A stretch of 57,088 nt of DNA, counting the filler, from Sphacelaria rigidula (taxonomy: Eukaryota): NCBI GenBank assembly GCA_964200075.2. It is 7 parts of 7 records of this genome, joined end to end, with 100 filler letters (N's around TTAATTAATTAA, not from the genome) between each part and the next. Parts side by side here need not be neighbours in the genome. Positions count along the whole stretch, not along the records: positions 24,512 to 32,581 come from CAXNAA020012411.1; positions 32,682 to 40,750 come from CAXNAA020012412.1; 5 more parts are not named here. One strand, 5' to 3'. Positions 26,371 to 37,789 of this stretch are shown here, one piece after another. Below the pieces are notes generated by a model that was not told the DNA's origin, made no database searches, and saw nothing but the letters and a program-made list of their open reading frames with translations. Position numbers and translations under genes: made by a program. The stretch's first letter is position 1. Each line of letters opens with the position of its first letter.

Positions 26371-28755
26371 TCAGATCGGGAGTGTCCTGACCCATACAGT
26401 ACTGTTATGCACTTCCCCATAGCATGATGTAGTTTCAAACTCCAGAAGAAATTGCATGAGAAGTGTGTGGAACCTAATGTGTGACCTCTAGCGTGGCATG
26501 ACTCTGCAAGGGTCCTACATCTTCTCCCATCAAGGGGTGGTATACAGCGTGACCTACGGGTGATTCATCGCTTCACTTCGTTGTACAAAGCTTTAACAAA
26601 GACACCCGTGATTGTCGACCATGTACACCGCCAGACAATCTCCAATGCGCCACCTGCATTGTTGTTGCCAAGGGTTGCACAACGTAGTCTGAAATCAACA
26701 GGTATATTATTTGGAAATGGAGAGACTAGTCAGACAGCAGCGTCGTGAGGAGCATCAGCTCAGGGGCCGAATGCGACCCTTGTAGCGTATACACTTACAC
26801 TGCGGTATGTCTAGCAAGCGCGGAGGTCCTGCGGCTGCTACGTCCTACTTCGGTGTGTCATGCAGGACTATCACCCTCCTCAGTGGGAAACGCTGTCCTG
26901 TTGTGGTGGGCCCAAAGGGCCACAGCCTGAAAACGCGGCGGAACCTCCGCTGCGGTTGGCCGGTGTGGAGGCGTGTTTTCCAAACTGGGTGGTGAGTGGC
27001 GAGACTGTGACGTGATCGCTTGAGGCGACATGATCTTTTTGTGGACCTCAACAGGTCGGTTTGAAATAGACGTGGGAAAACTCGAGATATTTTTCGTCGG
27101 GGAGGGTGCTGTAAATTCAGGTAGGGTGGCTTCGTGTACCTGCGGAAATTATCCGCCGTCCGGTCTCGTAGTGTATTGCGAGATATTTTCATTTTCGTTG
27201 GAAAACATCTATCCGACGGTTACAGACGATGATCGACCGGAAAGCTGCACCGGCCACTGGACAACAGACAGTACTTTATGGATAGATATGTCGACATGTC
27301 AACCGTGAATTCCAGTTTTTTCTTGCGTCAGGACCTGAAAACTGTATTGCTAACAACCACGGTGCACATGCACGAGCCATTTGAGAAGGAGGTGCTGTTC
27401 ACCTGCCAACTACTGACAGGGGGAAGGTTGCTATTATTGCGTCAAAATCCGTGCAGTGTATAGATTCGCCCTCAGTTCATTCTGCAACGTCCAAAATTGA
27501 TGTTACGGGTACCCCAGTGCCACCCGTGCCTCTTTCAAGGGTAATCCTTCTTCATCTTAATCGCCCGGGGGTCGTCGGTCTACGTTGGGTTGGAGTTGAG
27601 GTTGGGGTTTGGTTAGTGTTTCGGGTTGACGAGACTGTGTGTGTGTATGTGTCAACTATCGTTCGATGGAGCCGAACTGGCGCGAAACTTCGTCGTACGC
27701 ATGGTCACAGGAAACATGCACAGTTGATCACTGCTTAGGGAGTCCAGATTGTCGGCCAGGTGCTGGGGTAGTTGCAGTCAGTATGCTCTTTGGTATCGTT
27801 CCCCGACGTACGTCCCCGCTGGCTTGCCGCTCGCACCCTCCGCCCTAGGTGACACTAGTCCAACTGGCATCGCGCTTCCTCCGCCTCAGCTGTTTGGAAC
27901 ACAGTGACCAACGAACGGTGAGCACGTCACGTTGTTGCTCGTAGGGGTTGTCTTGCTTCTTATTACAACACAGTTGTAACGTGTGCGCTTGGCTTGTACC
28001 CATCTCCGCGGAGAGAGTTCGCGATGCTTTATGGAGTGTACGGCTCGTGTTATTCCGTTTTGAAAGTCTCGTCGGCGTGTGTGTATGTCAGCCGCACGCA
28101 AGGGGCACTGCCATACTGTGGGTGTACGTTGGGTCCTATTTCGTCGGGTCCCTGGGAGATCGAATATAGTAGTAGTGCACGTTTTCGACTAGACAACACC
28201 GCCGTTGTGTGATTCTCAAGTACCACGCATGAGGGGGGATATACTCTTGCGATGTATGCCACGTCGGTATGAGATGACAAGTCGTTGTGATCCGGTTTGT
28301 CCCGCCTTCTTCATTACATTCTCGACTGCAGCGTAGGCCGTTGACACTGTCTCGGACTGAATATGAGGATGCTGCCCGTCTTTTTGAAGGCTTGTGGGGT
28401 GCAACTGTCTTGGAGATGCTGATCCCACCTGGGACCCGGTACTCCCCCTCAGTGGGCGGTCATCGGATATGACCTCGATCCTGTCATGGTCTGTGTTGCA
28501 TGAGAACGACATTTGGAACCTTTCGCCGATGAAAAGGAACCTCAGCAAGAGGTCGCTAGTACTACCGACACGCGCGCGACACCGAGCGCGTCTATTTCGC
28601 TGACGGAGAATCATTTGCAATGTCTGAGCCCCAGTAGCGTGTATCGGACAGTCGACTACTCGAAGGAAACTCCCACCTTCGTTGCACTTCCCCCTGACCG
28701 ATATGTTTCAAATTTTATCCCCGTTCGGCGTGCTGAACAGGATTATCAGTGCGCC

Positions 28756-30228
28756 ATGTGGTCAGCCAAGAAGATGCTTCTCTGCCTCGTGGGAGCAATC
28801 TCATGCCTGGTCCTGTCGTCCAGTCCCGTGGTAGGAGGTGAGAAAATACGCACTTTATCTCGTACACTCGAGTGTGATGGACCAAGCCGAAGCTCGCAGA
28901 CCTTGTGGTCGCACGCAGACCTTTTGGTGGTCTGACGCGGTTCACATGACTTGTGCTGACTTCCCGGAAGGAAGGAGATCGAAACAATGCTCGAGGAACC
29001 ATGACTGAGGACGGGTACTCGCGAACAAAGAGGGAATGTCAGCCTGCACGGAAGCGGCCATGAGCTCACCTGGAACCGAGTGAGAGGTTGTGCACAGCGT
29101 GGTCCGCGTGGTCCATTGCACGTGCGGAGAGTACGGTCCTGTGCCTCCGACTGTATCCGTTCGCTGCAGCGTGTATGTTCCTTGCTCTTACAGTGTTGTG
29201 CATCCATCTGCTTTTTCCTTGCCATTCCTATATGGCAGAGCCGACGACCGCGACCGTGATGACTCCGGACGCAGCGACTCCAGATGGTGGGGCCCCTTCC
29301 ACAGCGGTGGACCCACTAGCGGCGGCGTCAGCACTCGAGGGTAAGAGGTATTGCATACTTGGTCGCTCTTGTGTTGGACAGATCCGGCGTCGCGTCATGT
29401 CCCCTCAGTCGATGTCGTAAATGCGAATCGCGACCAAGGTTTTCCCACGTGCACAGCGATGGCATCAATCGCGCTCTTTTGTTGGACAGATCCGGCGTCG
29501 CGTCATGTCCTCTCAGTCGATGTCGTAAATGCGCATCGCGACCAAGGTTTTCCCACGTGCACAGCGATGGCATCGATCGCGACGCGAATGCGTCATTCGC
29601 GACGCATGCACGCACACCTACCCTTGGCATGCATTCTCGACTAGGATGTGTGATCGAGTAAAATTCTGGCGTGCGTGCTCGACTGAGGTTGAGTTCATCG
29701 GAGTGGGGCTCCAGTTTTGTCGGGGTGGGTTGTACATGCACAGCTCTCCGAACGCGAATTAGCCCCCTTCGAGTATCGTTCGCGCCTTGGAGAACCGTCC
29801 ACCCGAACTCGACCGTCTCCATACTGATGCACATCGGTCTTGTTACCTCCCCACGCTCACGTGAACTCAACACTAACGCAGGTGACGCCGAGAGGGCACT
29901 CGGCAAGAAGCACAAGGGCAAGAAGGGCAAGAAGAAGCACAAAGGCAAGAAGCACAAGGGCAAGAAGCACAAGGGCAAGAAAGGCAAGAAGAAGCACAAG
30001 GGCAAGAAGAAGCACAAAGGCAAGAAGGGCAAGAAGGGCAAGAAGAGCGATGACTACGATGATGACCACTACGACGATGACGACTACCACTACGACGACG
30101 ACGACTACCACTACGACGACTACGACGACGATGACGACTACCACTACGACTACGATTACCCCTCGTATACTGATTACACAGTCAAGGACTACCCTACCAC
30201 CCACTCCTCCAGCTTCACCTACCGCTGA
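28756..30228 (+). CDS. Secreted Lys/His- and Asp/Tyr-rich diblock protein with RXL motif (176 aa, 3 exons; cingulin/silaffin-like architecture)
   Basis: Exons 28756-28837 (GCC ATG...GGA G|gtgaga), 29239-29340 (ggcag|...GAG G|gtaaga) and 29882-30228 (ctaacgcag|...TGA), all junctions phase 1, total 531 nt. Product: MWSAKKMLLCLVGAISCLVLSSSPVVG-EPTTATVMTPDAATPDGGAPSTAVDPLAAASALEGDAE-RAL-(GKKHK/GKK)n-SDDYDDDHYDDDDYHY...YPTTHSSSFTYR*. Confidence 0.88.
29364..29579. repeat. Intronic tandem duplication, 2 x 108 bp
   Basis: Near-identical units starting CGCTCTT at 29364 and 29472. Confidence 0.9.
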
Positions 30229-32161
30229 GGTCATTCCTCGTATACGCGTCCCGAGGGCGTCGCAACAGCGCTGGCGTGCCCGTAGGCTCGGGAAAGGTGT
30301 CGGTGCGTTGTTGAACGGCACATGGACCCCCGCCTCCGGAATGTTTCACGTGCCCCGTACCTCGTGTAGAAGTTCAGTCGAGTTGCAGCGGTGTGCACGG
30401 GCCGAGACACGGTTCACGTGGCGTCCGTTTTTTGGCACGCACCTCCCAACTACTCGAGTAGGCATGTTGATCTAATGATGGGTCAGTCCGGCTTTCATGG
30501 CCGATGTCCACACGACACCGTAGGTCTTCGTATAGTGTAGATGTCGTCTTGGTGTTTTTTACTTTGATTGCGCTCATGCAGGCCTTTCCAGGTCCTCCAG
30601 TATTTGAGAGTGCCCTTGACTCCGTGGGCCGGGCGTTATCGTGGATGGTGACTGTAAGTTAGGTGTGTTAGGCTCTTGTATTGTATACCCTGTAAATCTG
30701 CGGTCGTCACGGGGTGCCCCCCCGAAGGTATTGTTGCACGTACTTTTTCCGATTGTCCACATTTTAATTCAGAGCAGTTCGGGGAACCACGGTCATGATC
30801 TTGGAGTTCCCTCGTTCCTCACTACCGTTGGGGTGACGAATATCATACATGCCTCGTGCGCGGTTCACTCGTGCTGACGACGGGGTTCCAGCCACGATGT
30901 TCGCTGTCGCGTGAGACATTGCCATGGGCCGATGAGGTCGAGCTCTCATCAGTCCAGAACACCCTCACGACGGTAATGGTCCGGCGTGATGGAAGAATGC
31001 AGTAGTATAAGGCCCACTTCCATGGCCGGCACGAAGCTCGAATTTCTCGTAATTGGGGTTGTGCGAAGGTCGGGGAACGCGTGCCGTGGACACGACTCGT
31101 ACTAAGTCGGGGCCGAAAACTCTGGAGGTGAAGATCTCGGATTGGTCTCCCTCGATTTTCTGGAATCGGGGGAAAACAGATGCGAGATCGTGACCCCGAC
31201 TCCGTTGAGGTGTACTAGCGTACACGTCATGAGGCCAAATATTCTATTCTGCGCTGCGCCGTCACATATTCGACGGCGAGGGACGCCACTGCACTCTCCT
31301 AGCTGTTGTCGCCGCTGTGCTCGACGGGTGATGTGCGGCACTGTACTTTGAACCTCTGCTTGCGTACTGTCCCATGTCATCGCAATGGCGGCCGTGCCGT
31401 CATTAACCACGACACATTAAAATCGATCGTACCAATGGAGTGTCCTATACTACTGTAATGCCCTGGAGTATCGCGGTACGACAACGACACTTTACTCGGA
31501 GGATTGTGCACCTCCTGCCTGCGTACGATAATATGTATATCACAGTACCACACTCATGCATATTACGACCAGCTATGTACGGAACAGCTGCACTGGTCTG
31601 TCATGCTGCCTGTAGCGCCTGTGCCATGAAATGGTCACCCCGATTTTGAGAAGATGAATGACCGTGTCCCCATCTCATCGACATCGGGGCCCGGAAAAAT
31701 TGCGATTCGTTCGTCACGCGAGCGGGTCGCCAAGGGATCCCGATATCAACTATCGAACCAGTACTCGCTCTCCTCCCATCGTACTGTCATTTGCTCATAT
31801 CCAGTCTACCATGCCATCACTTGTGCACATCTACCACAGCCTCCTTCACTTGTCTTCTCCACAACTTCCCAACGTTCATGTGTCCTCGGTTCCAACATCG
31901 TAGTCATCGAGTGTACCTCCTGGACATCTGGGATGCGGGGGATATTTCATCCCATCTCCGTATCCTCATCCTGTGGAGCGTTGAGTTGAGCAGGCAACGA
32001 TGATATTCTCATACTATTTCGTATAGAGACGATTTTGAGAAGATTGGTTTCACTCATCACCGTCACACATCCCTTTCCTTTGAGGTGAAGATGGTGTGTA
32101 GAACCGCCCTACCAACGTGAAATGACAGGTGAAATATGTAGGTGGGAAATGAAAAACATTC

Positions 32162-32406
32162 CCCCCCTGGACCAGAACACCTCCGCCATCATAACTCTCG
32201 TGTGGCTTTTACTCACGAGAAGCGTGTCATGGGTCGTGCGACGAACGCGATGTGTCCCCAACCACTGCGCTCTGTTTTGCAGCATTTTTTTTCACGAACG
32301 CTCAAACGATGAACATCCTCCCCCTGGACTACGATAACTCCGCCATCATGATCACTCTCGTGTGGCTTTCATTCACGAGAAGTGTATCATGGGTCGTTCG
32401 ACGAAC
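32162..32406. repeat. Local direct repeat, about 85 bp x 2
   Basis: CCCCTGGAC...CTCTCGTGTGGCTTT...CATGGGTCGT..GACGAAC at about 32162 and 32320. Confidence 0.75.
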
Positions 32407-32581
32407 AACAACGTTTTCGTGAGATTGAGAGTACATGATACGATTGAGAGTGGCTTTGATCACTCGCTATAAGTGAGTCGTTTTTTTATTCTACGTGTGC
32501 TCTTCTCTACCTCCATCACCTGCGTGTGCTTATAGCTACACGTCGATATCCTACCCAGGGATATCAAGGACCTAAGTGGCC
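32407..32581. mobile_element. MITE family A, truncated by the scaffold end
   Basis: Starts with the family TIR AACAACGTTTTCGTGAGATTGAGAGT. Confidence 0.75.
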
Positions 32582-32681
32582 NNNNNNNNNNNNNNNNNNN
32601 NNNNNNNNNNNNNNNNNNNNNNNNNTTAATTAATTAANNNNNNNNNNNNNNNNNNNNNNNNNNNNNNNNNNNNNNNNNNNN
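32582..32681. other. Artificial scaffold linker
   Basis: N44-TTAATTAATTAA-N44. Confidence 0.98.
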
Positions 32682-33103
32682 CACAACGCAATCGTCAGGA
32701 GGTCACGAGGTTACCAACTGAGCCACCGGGGCGACCGGCACACCCCCGGAAATAGATTTGTCCAGGAGAGTCATTTTCTACGCTCAATGTCGAACGACTC
32801 GGAGGTGGGCCGGTCATCGAGTGTCCTACAAGTACACAGCTACAGGCTCTGGCCCTGGCTCTTCTGCACTTTCATCAATTCTGATAGTATCGGTAATAGA
32901 TCGTTCAAGCTCATTCGTCTCTGTAAGATCTGGTGAGAATTTTGCAGTAAAAATAAGTGTGTTGCGTAAAGTATAGCCTGTTGCAACCGTTGGCCACATT
33001 TTCACGGTAAGGACGACTAAACTCGCGATTCAACTCATATTCATCATTCCAACGAATAAATCATACGATTCATACATCATATGTAATTTATACAGCTTTT
33101 CTG

Positions 33104-33945
33104 TGTTGTGTATATGTTGTGTGTTGTCCCATCTATTCTGGGCGCCGGGCTACACCTTTCGATACATGTGGGCGCACCAGCCGGGGTCACATAGAACAAT
33201 GTTTTCGTGAGGTTGAGAGTAGAGGATACGATTGAGAGTGAAAAGCAGCCAATTAGTTACTGAATCGTTTCAGTTCCGAAATGTGCCTACGTGAGGCCCG
33301 ATATGCTTTCCTTAGTAGCTCGCCACTGAGGCCCTTGATATTCCTGAGTAGGATATCGACGTGTAGCTGTAAGCACCCGCTAGACAAGGTTTTCGTGAGA
33401 TTTGAGAGTTGGGTGCGGATTAAGAGTGGCTTTGATAATTCGCTTGACCCTGGCCAATTTTTCACGCCGTGTGTGATTTTCGTCGCCTCATCACTGTCAT
33501 ATGCTTACATCTACACGTTGATATCCTACTCAGGGGTATCGAGGGCCTCAGTGGCGAGCTACTACAGAGAGAATATTGGGCCTGGTGAAGGTGCATTTTG
33601 GAACTGAAACGACTCATTCACTGCTTGACCGCTTTTCACTGTCGATCGTACCTTCAACTCTCAGTCTCACGAAAACGTTGTTGCAGGAGGAAGGTCAAGA
33701 CAGCAGCCTTTTTTCTTTTTTTAGTACCCTACCTTCCTTCTGCGGTGCTTGCCTTTATTTTTTATCGCGAGAGGGGTTTAGCGGTTCCTTTCCCTCGTCG
33801 ACCATCAAGTCGATTTTTGTGTACCCACGACATGGTCACTCTCCACTGTTCGGCATTGTGTGAGAAAAATCCCAGATCGTTACGAGGTTTGAACCCACGA
33901 CCCAGCCGTCGGACGGTTTCAGGGTTACGAACTGAGCCACCAGGG
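33104..33945 (-). mobile_element. SINE family 1 copy split by a MITE insertion
   Basis: SINE sequence breaks at GGGGTCAC-ATAG (33194) and resumes at GCAG-GAGGAAGG (33683). Confidence 0.85.
33195..33682. mobile_element. Composite MITE family A insertion (partial reverse copy plus full forward copy)
   Basis: Family TIRs at both ends and an internal TIR near 33383; the 4-bp target ACAG is duplicated as ATAG/GCAG. Confidence 0.8.
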
Positions 33946-34427
33946 CACATATTCATCTCCTGCATGAATCGCTTGTACATGCCACGCACTTCTTAGGATC
34001 ATAAGGGGGAAGCGTCATGTACAACTTGCTTGACCGAGTCGTTCGAGGTGGGCACCCGTATATTTTTGCCACCTTCGGGTTAGTGCGGGGCCAATAATTT
34101 ATACAGGGTGGATATTGTCAAAACATGGGCCCTGAATCACGCGTACTTTTCTCCCAGCTGTAATACGTGCAAGATGCCGGCACTGCACATGTGTTATCCA
34201 CCCTCGACTCAGCGGCACCAACAATTTATACAGGTTTAATCTTGGCGTTTAATAAAGAGTCAACTCGTATCAACTCTGATTCATCCTAACTGTACACGTC
34301 TTGTCCACGGTTTGTGCTGTAATGTGTAGCCATTGACTGCGCCACGGTCGAAAAAAAATAGCCTAGTTAACCGGCGTTGGCCTACAAACGTCCATGGTTG
34401 AAACAAGTTTACAAGTATCGCTACCAC

Positions 34428-34598
34428 TATACCCCTAACCCCAACCCAACACATACCGAGAACCCTCGGGCAAGGGCCGTACATACATTCCCTAGGCGGA
34501 GTGCGGTCTTGGTAGGCCCCATATCGGCGCCCGTGGCACCGATTCCAAAGAAAATGCGTTTTGCGCACGCGAGGAGCACACGGGACTGTGAGTCCCAC
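34428..34598 (-). repeat. Interspersed repeat with telomere-like tract
   Basis: Inverted homolog of 6820-7002. Confidence 0.65.
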
Positions 34599-35287
34599 GT
34601 AACAAACATCCGATTATCGTTGACACCTCAAATCAAGTAGCATCAACCATGAACATTTGTAGCCCTACGCCGGTAAACTCTACTGGAGACGGACTTTTTC
34701 GACCAAGTACATCTACCGAAACCCCCGACATGTGCTCAACACCACTAGACTGAGAGGTATTCCCCGTCAGTGGCGTGTTCCCTTCACCAACGTGTACTGG
34801 TTCCAGAGCGTCCGAGTGGAGACAAAGTGAAGAGCCGTCTGCGAAAAAATCTTTTTTGTCTAGAGAATTCTCGGTTCGAGCGTCGATGGCGCGGGCTTAT
34901 CCCAGATCCGCGGAGACATAAGCGAAAGTTTGACGGGATACTTCCTATGTTGCTTTGAAAAATCATAAAGCTAACCCTAGCCCAAAGCTGAACCGAGAAC
35001 CCTCGGGGCAAGGTGCTCGCTCCGAGTTAGCTTCCAAGGCAAAAGTGTACCCCGTCTGGGGGTGAACAGGCGCCAATTTGAGCCACGATGCGCCCTGCCC
35101 TGTTCATGCTGCGCGAGCACTTGCGACTGTCGGCTGTGAAGATCTGAATATCGTCAACGTCGTCTAGCGTACAACCGATTGTTCGATTGTCGTACAAAAA
35201 CTGATGCCCCAGGGATCCAGCCGTGTTCACATGAGGGCCGTGATATTAATAGACGTTTCCGACACAAATTGAACCAAGTGGATATAT

Positions 35288-35554
35288 AACAACATATTCG
35301 TGAGATTGAGAGTGGCTCCCATCATTAGCCTTGACCTCGCCATTTTTTTATTCCGTGTGTGCTTTTCTTTGTCTCCATAGCTTATAGCTACACGTTGATA
35401 TCCTACTCAGGGATATATCAAGGGCCAGTAGCCAGCTATTACAGAAAGCATATTGGGCCTCGTGGAGGGGCTTTTCGGAACTCAAACCATTCATTCATTT
35501 ATTGATTTCACTCTCAATGGTATCCTCTACTCTCAACCTCACGGAAACATCGTA
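35288..35554. mobile_element. MITE family A
   Basis: Degenerate TIRs; 4-bp TSD ATAT/ATAT. Confidence 0.8.
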
Positions 35555-35725
35555 ATATTCAGTAATCGCTCGTGTCGCCCAACGGGGTTGAACCATGATT
35601 CAACGTACGACAAATTGTACAGTCATTGGCCTATTGCGGTCGGGCTGATTCACTCACTGCTCGGTAACAAGAGTGCAGCGTGGATGCTGTGGGGGGATTG
35701 AGTTTAATCCCTCGACACTACCGTT

Positions 35726-36007
35726 AACAATGTTTTCGTGAGCTTGAGAGTAGAGGATACGATCGAGAGTGAAAAGCGGTCAATTAGTGACTGAATCGTT
35801 TCAGTTCCAAAATGCCCCTCCACGAGGACCGATACGCTTCCTGTGCTAGCTCGCCATTGAGGCCCTTGATATCCCCGTATAGGATATCGACGTGTAGCTG
35901 TAAGCACACGCGAGCGATGAAGGCAAAGAAACGCACACACAAAATGGAAAATTGGATAACTTAAAGCGAATGATCCAAGCCATTCTCAATCTCACGAAAA
36001 CGCTGTT
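35726..36007. mobile_element. MITE family A (reverse orientation)
   Basis: TIRs AACAATGTTTTCGTGAG / CTCACGAAAACGCTGTT; 4-bp TSD CGTT/CGTT. Confidence 0.85.
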
Positions 36008-37587
36008 CGTTGTGGTGATTCGTCCGGAGGATGGATTGATTCGCGTCACGATCAAAATACGTGACCGAAGACGTCCCAGCATTCAAGCCCTTCGAGCGCA
36101 AAGCAATTTTGAGGGGGAGTAGTCTTCCTACAAGTGTGTTTACCGCGTGCACCATGATCATTTACGCTGACTCACCACTGGAAAAAAACATCGCGAGCAG
36201 AAATTGTACCGTAAAATCAAACTGCGATTCCCATCTCTACCGGATCACGATTGTACACATAACTGTCAAGAATTTGTCATTTTCCACTTTCACTACAACA
36301 ATCCCAGGCACAAGCGACAAAAAAAAAAGGAAACACCCTCTTCGACACATGGCACCCTCACTATTTTCGTACAGTATCGTTATACGTAGCGTTCAAGTAA
36401 ACCTTCTTTACGTAGGCAACACCGTTTCCTCGCGTCCAAGGATCAATAACCGCAAAAAATATGTGGTTTTCTACAACGATTCGACCCTCCATTTCTCATC
36501 AAACGAGTCGCAGTGGAAGGGGTTCGTCCCACTAGTGATGGACACACACATGCCCATATTATCGTGTCCCTTAGCACACCACGTTCATCAAAAGCAAATA
36601 TAGCGAGCATGTCGCCCTAGTCATGGACGCCACAGCAGCTTGTATGACGGAATCATGTACTCAAGGAGTAGAGAATATGTGTGGCGCAAGCCCTTCAGGA
36701 AATCGGGGTTAGTGCAGGACAGGCCTAACGCTTCATGGGCTGTCGGATACATGCTTCTCAATCCAAGCAATCGATGCGCTCCTTCCAGTCGGTTCTTCCC
36801 TTCCATCACTCATCACCTTGGCGTCGTTCGAATTGATGGATACTTCTTTTCATGCCCGGTTTCTACTAGGGAAAAAGTGAAAGGGGCACGCAGTGTGCTG
36901 CTGATTTGGCAAAAAATAAATAAAGGGTTGATAAACCTGCTGCAATGCATGTTCCTCATTTTTCTTAAATTGAGGAATACATGCAGGATTGATGCTGCTG
37001 ATCCACAGGTGTGAACCACCATCACTGTGAAAAACAACTTCCAAGGCTGCTATAACTGAAGTTCACAGCTAGTCTTGCAGCGCGGTGATATTCATCGCGT
37101 ACCATCCCGCAGACCCTACGAAAACATCGCGTCCTCCGCCAAATCCGATTTCAACCGGCACTTATCTGGCCCCACAGCCACGACCGCTTCCACTACTGCT
37201 CGAAACACAAGTAAAAAAAAAGGGACCCAACTCACCACAGCACGTGCATTGGTCGGAACTGCCATCACCCCCGCTCAGCGCTTGAAAGAAACAAAAAAAA
37301 AACAAAGGGAACCACCGGATCTCCCACACCCCAAATACCAATGTCCTCCTTCCTCTATAGACGACTAACGATCCAGGGGTGTAACAAGCTGACACACCCA
37401 AAAACCGAGCAAGCCCAATGTTTAATTTGTAGACCCGTGCTGCCGTCTTTGCATAAGGAGTACCTCGAGCAGCTATGTGAATGCAAGAAGGACGTCGTCG
37501 TCAGCGCCCCTGCATGCTCCCGTCATTTTCCACCCCCTCCTCTACAACCACCACCACCGCGTGGTGCGCCCCCAACCGGCACCTGTT

Positions 37588-37789
37588 TCACCGCTTCGCT
37601 TTTCCTTTGCCCTTGGCACCCGTCTTCCCCTTATTATTAGTCTTGGCGGTTTTCTTCTTTTTCCTAGAAGGCGGACCTTCGTCGTCGTCGTCATCGTCCG
37701 CTCCTACACCATCCTCCCCGGCATCGACCGCCTCGAGAGGGACGTACTCGCCCAAAGCCTTCAGCAAGCTCGCAGATTCTTTATCGTCC
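37588..37789 (-). CDS. Terminal exon of an unknown, probably nuclear protein (acidic patch plus Lys-rich tail)
   Basis: T-rich intron then cgtag|G GAC GAT...; encodes DDKESASLLKALGEYVPLEAVDAGEDGVGADDDDDDEGPPSRKKKKTAKTNNKGKTGAKGKGKAKR*. Confidence 0.7.

Larger units (their letters stand above)
33003..34294. mobile_element. MITE family C copy interrupted by a SINE and family A MITEs
   Basis: TIR CACGGTAAGGACG / CATCCTAACTGTA; degenerate 8-bp TSD CACATTTT/CACGTCTT; both halves match the intact copy at 39866-40362. Confidence 0.75.

Noticed and set aside
29364-29579. Direct repeats considered as a CRISPR-like array (also 26241-26370 and 32162-32406)
   Set aside because: Only two units each, no repeat-spacer series, no cas genes, eukaryotic context.
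2219-30228. Idea that the polyacidic and polybasic proteins form a linked partner system
   Set aside because: They lie on different, unrelated scaffolds, and one looks nuclear while the other looks secreted.
29328-30475. Long alternative ORFs (poly-Thr/Arg 29840-30475; Leu/Phe- and Val-rich antisense ORFs)
   Set aside because: Shadow frames of the low-complexity K/D coding repeat; only the K/D frame has matching splice phases and a signal peptide.
37730-37789. Faint resemblance of DDKESASLLKALGEYVP to the TAF10 N-terminal helix
   Set aside because: The following TAF10 motif (TIPDAV..YYL) is absent and the protein ends in a low-complexity tail.
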